The notes beneath the pieces were generated by a model, which did no database searches, was not told the origin of the DNA, and worked only from the letters and a program-made list of their open reading frames with translations. A DNA stretch of 64,000 bases from a virus. Lineage: Duplodnaviria; Caudoviricetes. Below are positions 1 through 9,261 of this stretch, one piece after another. Location: positions 320,001-384,000 of IMG/VR virus record IMGVR_UViG_3300035208_004923; one strand, given 5' to 3'. The translations under genes were made by a program, and so were the position numbers. Within the stretch, counting starts at the first letter, position 1. Each line of letters starts with the position of its first letter.

Positions 1-197
1 TCACCTATTGAAGTTGAATAACAAGTATCAGATGGCTGATTGCAATTTTGACCGTACTTGTAAATTTTTTCAAGATCTTCATCTGCAATTCCTGTTAATT
101 CGGAAGAATCAACGGTTATTATGCGAATTGCAGGTCGAATAACTGATGCATCTTTTTTGCAAAAAGCAGTTTGATACGAAATAAATGTTTTTTCCAT
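1..197 (-). CDS. hypothetical protein, runs off window edge (possible YodL-like STSIGD motif)
   Basis: ATG at 197, open to position 1: MEKTFISYQTAF...IYKYGQNCNQPSDTCYSTSIG. Confidence 0.5.
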   Translation of the reverse strand, partial: MEKTFISYQTAFCKKDASVIRPAIRIITVDSSELTGIADEDLEKIYKYGQNCNQPSDTCYSTSIG

Positions 198-199
198 AA

Positions 200-523
200 T
201 TACGATTTTTTTAATTTTTGTAATTTCTTTTCGTAACGTTTAATAATTAATCCAAACAATTTCTCTGTATCATTCGGAAATAATATTCGAGAAACTTTTG
301 TTCCATATACCGTGATTTCATTGGTAACAGGATTTAATTGATACATTGCGGTTCCAAAATATCCAGGCATTATTCTACGAATGTAACCAGATTTCAAATA
401 AATACCAACCCGTTCTTTTGGATTATCAATTTCTTGAAACATGTAAGTTCCATTTGCTTTTTGTTTTTCTGTTGAAATATTTTTCAACCCGAATGATTCG
501 ATTTTTGCAATAAGATTTTCCAT
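200..523 (-). CDS. hypothetical protein (early)
   Basis: ORF; MENLIAK start lies just downstream of a class I promoter. Confidence 0.7.
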   Translation of the reverse strand: MENLIAKIESFGLKNISTEKQKANGTYMFQEIDNPKERVGIYLKSGYIRRIMPGYFGTAMYQLNPVTNEITVYGTKVSRILFPNDTEKLFGLIIKRYEKKLQKLKKS

Positions 524-537
524 AGCGATTTGTTTTA

Positions 538-586
538 TCAATTAATTAAAATCAAATATACAACATTTTTTACGCAATAGCAATAG
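538..586 (-). promoter_or_regulatory. class I promoter repeat (Bacteroidota sigma-A-like, TTG...TATATTTG)
   Basis: minus strand CTATTGCTATTGC-N-AATGTTGTATATTTGATTTTAATTAATTGA; one of 10 copies. Confidence 0.8.
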
Positions 587-625
587 AAAATGAAAAAAAG
601 TTTTAATAAATATAATAAAACAAAA

Positions 626-1024
626 ATGAAACGATTATGTCCAAGAAAAGAAATACTTATTGTTGATGACGATGAAGTATCACGATACTATGCGGAATCC
701 GTAATCAGAAAAGAATCAACATTTGGCGTTTGTAAGTATCGAATAACAACAGCATCAAATGGAGCTGACGCTTATGAAATTATTGAGGAATTAAAACCAA
801 GTTTAATCATAACAGATTTACTTATGTTTCATATGAACGGATTTGAACTTATTGCAAAATTACATGCTTCTGAATTGTATAAGAATATTCCTGTCATTGT
901 TTTATCTTGTTTAGACGACAGCGAAACTCGTGAAAATGTTGATAAATTAAAAATTAATGCATTTATCAGAAAACCATATACACCAGAAACATTAATATCA
1001 GCAATACATAATTTGCTAAAATAA
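626..1024 (+). CDS. CheY-like response regulator receiver domain protein
   Basis: ILIVDDD, LIITD (phospho-Asp), MNGFEL, IPVIVLS, FIRKPY motifs. Confidence 0.9.
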   Translation: MKRLCPRKEILIVDDDEVSRYYAESVIRKESTFGVCKYRITTASNGADAYEIIEELKPSLIITDLLMFHMNGFELIAKLHASELYKNIPVIVLSCLDDSETRENVDKLKINAFIRKPYTPETLISAIHNLLK

Positions 1025-1100
1025 ATGAATCATTTAAGAAACTTTTAAAATTGATATAGTTGTATTTTATATTAAGTTTAGAGTTTCTTAAATGATTCAT
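1025..1100. repeat. perfect 19-bp inverted repeat between convergent genes (probable bidirectional terminator)
   Basis: ATGAATCATTTAAGAAACT (1025-1043) / AGTTTCTTAAATGATTCAT (1082-1100). Confidence 0.75.
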
Positions 1101-1115
1101 AGAATTCATTTAATG

Positions 1116-1439
1116 CTATTCCTTATTGAGAATTAAATCAATGATTGTATAAGTCATTTGATGTTTCTCTAATGTATTCAAGAAAAATTCTGTATATTTA
1201 GTATCGTGTTTTGAACGTATGATCATATCAGGAAACTTAAATTCAAAAATTGAAATTATGCATTTAATATCAATTTCATTAAACCCATATTCGTCATACG
1301 GATACCAATAGTTTGGAGCGTAATTTGCTTTTGTTAAATTATGATTTATTTCAGATTCGATAACGTCGAATTTTTCTGCAATTACTGCCCAAGACAATGG
1401 TTGCAAATCGTTTACTAAAAATTCATTTTTTGATTCCAT
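1116..1439 (-). CDS. hypothetical protein
   Basis: 107-aa ORF. Confidence 0.6.
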   Translation of the reverse strand: MESKNEFLVNDLQPLSWAVIAEKFDVIESEINHNLTKANYAPNYWYPYDEYGFNEIDIKCIISIFEFKFPDMIIRSKHDTKYTEFFLNTLEKHQMTYTIIDLILNKE

Positions 1440-1531
1440 TTATTTTTTATTTTAAGATTTTGAAACTATTTCCGAAATGTGAATATAATAATTACTCAAT
1501 TTTCGGTAAGGGTAATATAGAAAGACTATAG

Positions 1532-2047
1532 TTATTCAGGTAAATTCTCAGTCGTTAGACAATTCTCGGACTCACCATTATGTAATTTCAATTTTTCAGA
1601 TATTCTCTGTAGAGTTGATTCTCCATGTATTGTTTTAAATTCTTCAAAATCAGTATATCCTGTTATAATAAAACATGCTTTATATTTTGTTTTAAATGGT
1701 ACCCATGGTTCACCATTATCTGCATAATAAGCTTTTGTTGGGTCACCTGTCGGTTTTGCACAAACAAATTCAGATTCTGCTTCACTGTTACAAACTGCAT
1801 ATTTGCTTTTATCTATTTTTATTTTCGATAATTCGCCATTTCCTTCAATAACGCCAATCTGTGGTGATGGTTCACGATACCCAGGCATCATAATTAATCG
1901 TCCTGCATTTGGATCTTGTTCAATAGGTCCAAAAGATACTTGTATTGAATTTTTATCGTTTTCTTCATGATACCAAACAGGTATGCCTTCAAGTTCACCT
2001 GTTACATACATAACAGTTTTTTCTAATTGTTCTTCGGTTTTTTCCAT
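1532..2047 (-). CDS. hypothetical protein
   Basis: 171-aa ORF in tightly packed run. Confidence 0.7.
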   Translation of the reverse strand: MEKTEEQLEKTVMYVTGELEGIPVWYHEENDKNSIQVSFGPIEQDPNAGRLIMMPGYREPSPQIGVIEGNGELSKIKIDKSKYAVCNSEAESEFVCAKPTGDPTKAYYADNGEPWVPFKTKYKACFIITGYTDFEEFKTIHGESTLQRISEKLKLHNGESENCLTTENLPE

Positions 2048-2051
2048 TTTA

Positions 2052-2573
2052 TTAATTTTTTGGTAATACGTATTTTTCTTTGAGTAATTTCAGATATGAT
2101 TCGTATTCTTCAGTTTTAACAGTTTTTCCAAAACAAATTAAGTTATCAAAATCGTATGAATATACATTACCAATGGAATACGTGCTCGGAAATGCGGATT
2201 TGATAAGTACTATCATAAACGGTGTTGCATTTTTAAATTCTTCATATTCAGAGAAAACTTCATTAAAAATGTCAGTATCAATTTCAAGATGATCATATTC
2301 TAATTGACTTAACAAATCAATATGCATAATGTCATTTGGCAATTCACCATTTATCATTCTTTCATAATCTGATTTTGCTAAAAAATAATTTGTAAGTATA
2401 GCGCTTTTTGTATTGCTATTATTCTTACCCAATATTTTAAATTCTTTATCTACAGATTCAACAACATGTGCATCTGTGCAGTCTCCATTTTCTACTAATA
2501 CATATCGTCTTAGCATTTCACCTAAAGCTGCATCATTAGGATACTTGTTTACTAAATTTACTAATTTATTCAT
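2052..2573 (-). CDS. hypothetical protein
   Basis: 173-aa ORF, packed. Confidence 0.7.
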   Translation of the reverse strand: MNKLVNLVNKYPNDAALGEMLRRYVLVENGDCTDAHVVESVDKEFKILGKNNSNTKSAILTNYFLAKSDYERMINGELPNDIMHIDLLSQLEYDHLEIDTDIFNEVFSEYEEFKNATPFMIVLIKSAFPSTYSIGNVYSYDFDNLICFGKTVKTEEYESYLKLLKEKYVLPKN

Positions 2574-2863
2574 TTTTTGATTCTTGTTAAGTTATTAAAT
2601 ACTGCAAATCTGCAATTACCGCAGCCATCATCATACATTACTAATGTGTAATCCTCCTTTGTCCAAATTGAACTTCCGAAAATGTCACCTGCATATTCGC
2701 CTGGATCATCGGAATATTCATCCTCATTCCACATTATTGTTTTTTCATCTAATGTCCAACATGCTACTTCAGTCATATCATCGAAACCTTCATATATATC
2801 TGCTCCAAAATATTCTGAAAACCATTTTTTTAATTCTGCAAATTGTTTAAGTTTTTCTTTCAT
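2570..2863 (-). CDS. hypothetical protein
   Basis: 97-aa acidic ORF, ATGA overlap. Confidence 0.7.
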   Translation of the reverse strand: MKEKLKQFAELKKWFSEYFGADIYEGFDDMTEVACWTLDEKTIMWNEDEYSDDPGEYAGDIFGSSIWTKEDYTLVMYDDGCGNCRFAVFNNLTRIKK

Positions 2864-2865
2864 GT

Positions 2866-3069
2866 TTAATCAATTTTAACGTCTTCTTTATAATTGCTTA
2901 TCATTCTTGATAAAAATTCTTTTGATTTTTCGACTTTTTCGATTTCATCAAGTTTATCTTGCTTTTTCTTTTTAAATTCCCACCAATGTCTTTTTGGTAA
3001 TCCAATAGGAATTTTTATGCGTAATACTTTTTCGCCATTTTCGTTTACGCCTTCTGTGATTTCTTCCAT
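2866..3069 (-). CDS. hypothetical protein
   Basis: 67-aa ORF, packed. Confidence 0.6.
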   Translation of the reverse strand: MEEITEGVNENGEKVLRIKIPIGLPKRHWWEFKKKKQDKLDEIEKVEKSKEFLSRMISNYKEDVKID

Positions 3070-3072
3070 AAT

Positions 3073-3705
3073 TTATATTTTTGTGTTTAAAATTTTTATT
3101 GCTTTATCTGCACATTCTGTATTTAGGCCATCATAATCTTTTGTTTTGACAAAATTATCTTTTTGTTCTAAAAGCATATCTGCGTCATCATCTAAAATTA
3201 CATAACTTTCAATCATGCCATTTTCTTTTGACCAATGCGGTCTATAATGGCTAAAACCTACACCCCTAAGCCATTGTTGAATTTCGTATCCTCGAGGTAT
3301 TGATGTACCAGGTGTTGCAACAATTGACTGCACAGTTTCATTTGGACCACGTTTAGCCCAATAATATGGCGTGATGTCAATAACTTCACCTGGCATATTC
3401 ATATCTTCCCACATATCACGAATATATTTTAAACCTATACATGTAGGATCTTCTTTATCTCGTGAACCATGACGCCATGACGATGATACAACAATGTATG
3501 CACCTGTTTGTTTAACGATTCGTTCTAATTCTCGAATTGTGTTATTATCAAAAACGATTCCCCATTTTCCGCCTCTTGTTGGATTTAAAGAACCGCCTGT
3601 GTACATTAATTGATTATTCAAGACACCGTCAAAATCAAGAAAAATGACTTTGATTCGTTTTTTGTACGCAATGAATTCAGTGTTTAATTCGTCTATTGTA
3701 GTCAT
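3073..3705 (-). CDS. HAD-superfamily phosphatase (Swiss Army Knife RNA-repair-like HAD)
   Basis: IFLDFDGVLN, IVVSSSWR, YVILDDD motifs. Confidence 0.85.
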   Translation of the reverse strand: MTTIDELNTEFIAYKKRIKVIFLDFDGVLNNQLMYTGGSLNPTRGGKWGIVFDNNTIRELERIVKQTGAYIVVSSSWRHGSRDKEDPTCIGLKYIRDMWEDMNMPGEVIDITPYYWAKRGPNETVQSIVATPGTSIPRGYEIQQWLRGVGFSHYRPHWSKENGMIESYVILDDDADMLLEQKDNFVKTKDYDGLNTECADKAIKILNTKI

Positions 3706-4022
3706 TATGCTTGTTTAAAAAATGTTATTGTTGATTCATCAGATAAGATTATGTCTTTTAAAGAATCGACATTACGTACTTTATATTCTTTATCGCAAAA
3801 GTGCCAAATGTCTTCCATAAATTTTTCTAACGCTGGAGATTCTTCACCATAAATTTCAAATATGCTTCCGCATCTATAATAGCAGTCATAACTTCCACCT
3901 TTGTTGTAATCTTTTATAAATGATTCCAATTCAGATTTGTCGTTACATAAATAATATCCCATTGGTCGAGAACCCCAACCTGATTCGTGTTCAGTACCTT
4001 CAGTTGCATAAATCTTTTTCAT
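3705..4022 (-). CDS. hypothetical protein
   Basis: 105-aa ORF with ESGWGSRP motif. Confidence 0.7.
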   Translation of the reverse strand: MKKIYATEGTEHESGWGSRPMGYYLCNDKSELESFIKDYNKGGSYDCYYRCGSIFEIYGEESPALEKFMEDIWHFCDKEYKVRNVDSLKDIILSDESTITFFKQA

Positions 4023-4044
4023 ATCAATAAGTATTTAAAATTAA

Positions 4045-5322
4045 TTAATGTGTTCCATCTATTAAAGAAATTCCATGTTTTACACCATGAATAAAATCAT
4101 TTACGTTATTATCTTCTGTTAAATGTTTTGCAATTGATATTCCTATTTCATTGCCTATATCTGATAAATCGCCATTAGTATACTGAATTGATTCTAATTG
4201 GTTTTTTATCGAATCAATCATTTGAGCAAATTTCCCTACTGACCATTTATCGCTTATAAATTCTGATTCGTCAAATTCACAATCTACTGTATATCCTGTA
4301 AGCCATTTTATTACACGAACGTCAGATGATGTTATACGTTCTTCTATTTTTATAAGTTTACCTTTGATATTTGTACAGTCAGGATTTGCAAATTTACAAA
4401 CACCAGATTTGAATAAATAGCATACATGTTTATCTTTATTGATTATTGTATGTTTAAACGGTATGTTTAATGAAGTAACTTCAGATATATCACGTTCTTG
4501 TATAAACGATTTGCATGTGTTATTCATTACGCATTTTGAACAACGCATTTCATTTGGGCGATAATAATGAGCATTATAATCACGATTTAAACCATGCGAA
4601 TAACTTATCAAACAACTTGTTTTTCTGAAAACAGGAACATTATATTTTTCTGACATATTATAAAATATATCTTCAACTTCTTTCGATACTGCTTTCTTTA
4701 AACCAAAGTCATATCCTTCATATGGTTCAAAGTTTATGTTATTTTCTTTAAAATAATTTGCTAATTCTGGCGTAACTTGTAATCCACAAAATCCTATAGG
4801 TGCATCATATTTCTTTGCAATTTTTACAATGTTTTCAATAGCTTCTTGAGAATCATTAATGCCTTTTATAACAGGTCTAAATTCGATTGAATACTGATAT
4901 TTATGAATCCTATCATTTTTCATGCTTGACAAATTTGCATTAAGTGTTCTTAATGAACCGCCATCGTATTTAGAATTTATGCCAAATGTTGAAAATGCAA
5001 AATGTAAATCAAGGTCAAACTTAATATCTGGAAATTTCCAAATTTCACCTTTTGTTATTATGATAACAGGACCTTTGTGATTATCGGCTTCTAATGCTCG
5101 CAAGTATTCAATTGTCTTTTCTACTTGCAATAAAGGGTCGCCATAAAATAAATTTACAGCAACAGGAAGTTGTCTGAAAAGTGGATTAATTGATGATGGT
5201 AATTTTTCATATTTCGATTGCTCTTTACCTGTTAGACGGCAGTATGAACAATTAAGGCAGCCTTTAAGCGACTGCCCCATCATATAAAAAGATTTTGTAA
5301 AACAAGAATCTGTCAATTGCAT
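4045..5322 (-). CDS. radical-SAM-like Fe-S protein (spore photoproduct lyase-like)
   Basis: GCLNCSYC, YGDP, IITKG, RPVIKGINDS, extra C-terminal Cys clusters. Confidence 0.6.
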   Translation of the reverse strand: MQLTDSCFTKSFYMMGQSLKGCLNCSYCRLTGKEQSKYEKLPSSINPLFRQLPVAVNLFYGDPLLQVEKTIEYLRALEADNHKGPVIIITKGEIWKFPDIKFDLDLHFAFSTFGINSKYDGGSLRTLNANLSSMKNDRIHKYQYSIEFRPVIKGINDSQEAIENIVKIAKKYDAPIGFCGLQVTPELANYFKENNINFEPYEGYDFGLKKAVSKEVEDIFYNMSEKYNVPVFRKTSCLISYSHGLNRDYNAHYYRPNEMRCSKCVMNNTCKSFIQERDISEVTSLNIPFKHTIINKDKHVCYLFKSGVCKFANPDCTNIKGKLIKIEERITSSDVRVIKWLTGYTVDCEFDESEFISDKWSVGKFAQMIDSIKNQLESIQYTNGDLSDIGNEIGISIAKHLTEDNNVNDFIHGVKHGISLIDGTH

Positions 5323-5326
5323 ATTT

Positions 5327-5962
5327 TTAATTTTTAAGTAATTTCAATTTTTTAATTTCGTACGCATACGGAATATTTGCAATTAATCTTTCGTATGGAA
5401 TTTCTTCATATAATTTTGAATCATCGTTATTGAAAATATAGCATGTTATCTTTCCTGTTTTGAGATTCTTAATTATCTTATAGCAAAAAGCAGGAACTAT
5501 TATGTTGTCTTTTTGTTCAAAAGAAAACCCGCCACAAATTATTAATAGCGAATCGTTTTGTGACTGTTTACGAACCTTTGTTTCAATAGTTTTCCAGTGT
5601 CCTCTATTGCATTCAACAGTTTGAGGTAATGCATTATAAAATCTGAACGTTTCTTCTTCATATTGACAGTTATATGCAAAATCTTCTGCGTTTGCCATAT
5701 GACCTATGTCATAACCTGAATGCGAATAATTTTTATTTGACTGTCCTGTTTTAATGCCATCTGTTTTAAATGTGAAATGTTCATCTGCTCTACTGCATGT
5801 TCCACCGCCATGATATAATTTGTAAACAACAAACAAGGGATTTTTTGCATCATAACTGAAGTAACTTTTATAAATATCAGTAGTTATAACGGTATCAACT
5901 TTTTGACCGAATGATGATAATGTTATAAAAGCAAACATTAAAATTAAAAGAATCTTTTTCAT
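5327..5962 (-). CDS. secreted DNA/RNA non-specific endonuclease (NucA/EndoG family)
   Basis: signal peptide; GYDIGHMA, NALPQ..NRGHWK motifs. Confidence 0.85.
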   Translation of the reverse strand: MKKILLILMFAFITLSSFGQKVDTVITTDIYKSYFSYDAKNPLFVVYKLYHGGGTCSRADEHFTFKTDGIKTGQSNKNYSHSGYDIGHMANAEDFAYNCQYEEETFRFYNALPQTVECNRGHWKTIETKVRKQSQNDSLLIICGGFSFEQKDNIIVPAFCYKIIKNLKTGKITCYIFNNDDSKLYEEIPYERLIANIPYAYEIKKLKLLKN

Positions 5963-5969
5963 ATAGTAA

Positions 5970-6452
5970 TTATTTTCGTGTTATCATTGACTCCAACTTG
6001 AATCCAATGCAATATCTTTTAGGTTTTTCGACAATAAGATTCGATACTTTACGTTTTTTACTTTGCGGAATAGAAACAACAGCTTTAATTTTCATGTTAA
6101 ATCGTTGCTCAAATTCAAATACAAGAATTGAATCGTTTTGCGAATTATCGTATATTACATTATTTGTTCCGTATTCATATAATCTTAATATAGGCATATA
6201 TTCATAACTTGAGCATATGCTCATTCTATAATCTCTGCCAGAAAAAATGTCAAATACTGTTTCAAGTATTTCAACATCTGAAATATTCGCACTTTTACTT
6301 ACGCCTTGTCCTTTATCGTTCACAACCAATTGATAACTGTCATGATAATTATTTACAGTATCATTATGGCATGTATTCCAATATCCGTTGCAATCTTGAG
6401 ATTTTAAATTTAAAGACAAAAACAAAAGAACGAATAATAGAATGTATCTCAT
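5970..6452 (-). CDS. exported hypothetical protein
   Basis: N-terminal hydrophobic signal peptide ending LKS-Q. Confidence 0.7.
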   Translation of the reverse strand: MRYILLFVLLFLSLNLKSQDCNGYWNTCHNDTVNNYHDSYQLVVNDKGQGVSKSANISDVEILETVFDIFSGRDYRMSICSSYEYMPILRLYEYGTNNVIYDNSQNDSILVFEFEQRFNMKIKAVVSIPQSKKRKVSNLIVEKPKRYCIGFKLESMITRK

Positions 6453-6856
6453 ATTTTAAATATTTTTAAAGGTTTTTTTGTTTTTTTAGCATATTTTATA
6501 CTATCATTTGTACCTGATGATACGCCATCCCAAAAAGCAATAACAATATGGGCATTATCAACAATATCTTTATTTCTTCGCATTCCTGCATTTGCATCAT
6601 ATTGTTTACCCCACTTGTTGATTAATATTCTTGCATTTGGATGTGATAAATCATCCCAAGATGGTATGAAAATTAATGTTTCTAACGAATTTTCATTAGC
6701 CCATTTTTCACCCAATTTGTCTGCGCCGTTTGCGCCACCTGATACTACTGTTATTTTATGATCTTTATAATATTCTTTTAAAGTGTTCATGACACTTTTC
6801 AATTTATCATAATCATTAAAAGATCTTGAACCAACAATAGCAATTTTAAGATTCAT
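6449..6856 (-). CDS. YspA/DUF2493-like SLOG family protein
   Basis: IAIVGSR, VSGGANGAD, RRNKDIV, AFWDG.S.GT. Confidence 0.85.
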   Translation of the reverse strand: MNLKIAIVGSRSFNDYDKLKSVMNTLKEYYKDHKITVVSGGANGADKLGEKWANENSLETLIFIPSWDDLSHPNARILINKWGKQYDANAGMRRNKDIVDNAHIVIAFWDGVSSGTNDSIKYAKKTKKPLKIFKI

Positions 6857-6884
6857 ACAGTCAATACTAAAATTTATTTATATA

Positions 6885-6910
6885 TTATATACAAGAAAAG
6901 CAAATAGTTT
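6885..6910 (-). promoter_or_regulatory. class II promoter AAACT-N12-TGTATATAA (overlaps a class III TAATATATAA box at 6878-6887)
   Basis: fixed-spacing bipartite motif, 9 copies, each upstream of a minus-strand gene. Confidence 0.75.
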
Positions 6911-6946
6911 CCTACTTGCTTATCAGTTATTTGAATTTATATTTCG

Positions 6947-7960
6947 TTATTCCTTGTGAAACATGTAGTTTTCGCTTTTCGGCGTTGTGTCATTAAAATA
7001 TCCAGTGTATTCTTTACCGCCGTACGTAAATGAATAATTCTTTCCAGTTTTTATTGATAAACTACGTGCAATGGATTTATCTAAAAGAAACGTATTATAT
7101 TTTGACCATGGAAATACATATTTCGATAATTCAGATTCAGGACCATAATTTTCAGAAACAAACTCATCCCAAGTTGGTATTAGATTTTTCTTAATTGGAT
7201 TTGCTGATTCTTCTTTTGCAAATGGCTCTTTAAAATCAATTACACCTTTTTCTAAATCATCTATTGCACCCGGTGCTTTTGCAGGCTGTGGCATATAAAC
7301 TCTGTCAGGTGCATCTTTAATTGGTTGATTTGATTTTCTCAACAATAAAACATTATTCCACATGTAATCTGCAAGTTCATCTTTACTTTTTGTGTATGCA
7401 TCCAAAACAGTTTCCGTTACGTTTTTCTTTACGTATGATTTAAACGCTTCTTCAGACATGTCATAAAGATTTGTTCCTTCAGGTGACGACGTTGGTATTT
7501 TATTTGAATTTGCAGCAATTGCGAGTTGAATAATTTTTAATGCTTCAATAGGTTCAACATTTATTTTCATATCGTTAACAATAACTCTAGTATTAGGATT
7601 AACAATATATGCTTCAACCCATCGGTGATGGCCATCAATAATGTACTTACCGTTTAATGTAACAACTGGTGAATTATTAATTGCAGCCGCACGGCCTTTA
7701 AGCATATCATGTAAACTATCTAAAGATTTACCTGCTAATGAATGCTTAATTGACGATTCAAGTAAAAGTTGTTTTTGACAAGGTATTAAATTTCTTGCAA
7801 CAACTTCGCCTGTTGTAAATTTTATCTTTTCGTCATCTGGAAAACCATCTTCACGTCCCGATTTGATTAAAGATTTAACTTTATCCTTTGCAGCGTCATC
7901 CATTAATTGTTTGACAAATCGAGTATATCCTAATTTTACGATATTAGATAAGTATGACAT
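6947..7960 (-). CDS. ParB/Srx-like nuclease domain protein with internal RIP-leader-like motif
   Basis: YIIDGHHRW; KKNLIPTWDEFVSE near C-terminus. Confidence 0.7.
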   Translation of the reverse strand: MSYLSNIVKLGYTRFVKQLMDDAAKDKVKSLIKSGREDGFPDDEKIKFTTGEVVARNLIPCQKQLLLESSIKHSLAGKSLDSLHDMLKGRAAAINNSPVVTLNGKYIIDGHHRWVEAYIVNPNTRVIVNDMKINVEPIEALKIIQLAIAANSNKIPTSSPEGTNLYDMSEEAFKSYVKKNVTETVLDAYTKSKDELADYMWNNVLLLRKSNQPIKDAPDRVYMPQPAKAPGAIDDLEKGVIDFKEPFAKEESANPIKKNLIPTWDEFVSENYGPESELSKYVFPWSKYNTFLLDKSIARSLSIKTGKNYSFTYGGKEYTGYFNDTTPKSENYMFHKE

Positions 7961-7972
7961 TAATTTTATTTT

Positions 7973-8254
7973 TTAAGCTTTTTCAAATCTCGATGAATTT
8001 AAAGAACGAATATCTTTTGAACTATCTTCAATTGCGTATACTCGTAAGTTACTTCCATCATATCCATCTGCAATAAAAATCTGTCCAATTGGGTATTTCT
8101 TAAATCCTGCAATTGCGGAACCTAACATTGTATGCTCACTTTTTTGGACTTCATTATATGCAGCATCTGTTAATTTTACTTTATCACCTCTTTTAAAATT
8201 AGATGAATTTGATTCATTGATGAATTCTTCGATTGTAGGTATTCTTCTTTTCAT
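7973..8254 (-). CDS. RIP-leader protein (putative internal virion protein)
   Basis: MKRRIPTIEEFINES. Confidence 0.8.
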   Translation of the reverse strand: MKRRIPTIEEFINESNSSNFKRGDKVKLTDAAYNEVQKSEHTMLGSAIAGFKKYPIGQIFIADGYDGSNLRVYAIEDSSKDIRSLNSSRFEKA

Positions 8255-8255
8255 A

Positions 8256-8537
8256 TTATTCGCCTGTAACGTCTGACCACGTGTATATGTTATTTGCATT
8301 TTTCGTTATTGATAAAATGACAGTCTCATCTTTTTCAAGTTTTCTTTCAAGCCATTCGATAATTCCTTTGCCATTTGTTATGCTTGTAATTGTCGATTCT
8401 TCAACTTTTGGCGCAGGTGCTGTTTCAGCTTCCTCATCTGTTGTTATGAATGCATCAAACGTTTTGAATTTTTCTTCTTGATTTTCTTGTTCGTTTGGAA
8501 CTTCTGAATTGATTAATTCTTTAAAATCTTTTATCAT
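8256..8537 (-). CDS. acidic hypothetical protein, degenerate leader
   Basis: MIKDFKELINSE, inside leader cluster. Confidence 0.65.
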   Translation of the reverse strand: MIKDFKELINSEVPNEQENQEEKFKTFDAFITTDEEAETAPAPKVEESTITSITNGKGIIEWLERKLEKDETVILSITKNANNIYTWSDVTGE

Positions 8538-8544
8538 GATTACT

Positions 8545-9225
8545 TTATTTTGTTAAGCTTGCGTATAATGCAGCATAGTGTTCTGCTTTTTGTTTTATTT
8601 CAGCAATACGAGTTTTCATTCTGGCTTGGTCAATTTCTTGTACGCCATTGCTAATCCAATCTGTTGTTTTTGCCTTTGTTTTTGCAATTTCTTCTGTTGG
8701 CGCTTGCACAAATTCAACAGTTCCGCCATAACCCCAACCTTTATATGGGTCAGTGTATATAAATACTTCAAACCATTTATCTTTGAATGCTTCTGGCATT
8801 TTTTCATACATATAAGATTCGATATCATTCCATCCTATCCATTTGCCATTATCATATTCCAAATCAACACTTGTTCCTGCAATTCTATCAGTTGTAATAA
8901 CTTTTATATCATTATTGCTATCTATATAAAATGTATATTTGCCATTAAATGAAGAAGGACCCCATTGTCTGTCTAGTGCTTTCGTGTAACTTTTCGATTG
9001 CAAAATTTCTGAAAACCATCCATGGCCTTTTGCTTCATTTGATACAAATTTTTTAATGATATCATATGTATCAGGACCAAATTTTATAGGACTTAATCCT
9101 TTTAAAATTTTACTTAGATACTTTATAAGTGCATTATCGACATCGGTATTTCTTGCTTCATTTAATACATTAATTTTTTGATTTTCATTAATGTATTCTT
9201 CAATCGTTGGTATTCTTCTATTCAT
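8545..9225 (-). CDS. RIP-leader protein (putative internal virion protein)
   Basis: MNRRIPTIEEYINE...VLNEA. Confidence 0.8.
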   Translation of the reverse strand: MNRRIPTIEEYINENQKINVLNEARNTDVDNALIKYLSKILKGLSPIKFGPDTYDIIKKFVSNEAKGHGWFSEILQSKSYTKALDRQWGPSSFNGKYTFYIDSNNDIKVITTDRIAGTSVDLEYDNGKWIGWNDIESYMYEKMPEAFKDKWFEVFIYTDPYKGWGYGGTVEFVQAPTEEIAKTKAKTTDWISNGVQEIDQARMKTRIAEIKQKAEHYAALYASLTK

Positions 9226-9240
9226 ATAAAACTTATTTTA

Positions 9241-9250
9241 TTATATATTC
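9241..9250 (-). promoter_or_regulatory. class III (putative late) promoter GAATATATAA
   Basis: same box before other leader clusters. Confidence 0.65.
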
Positions 9251-9261
9251 ACAAATAAAAC

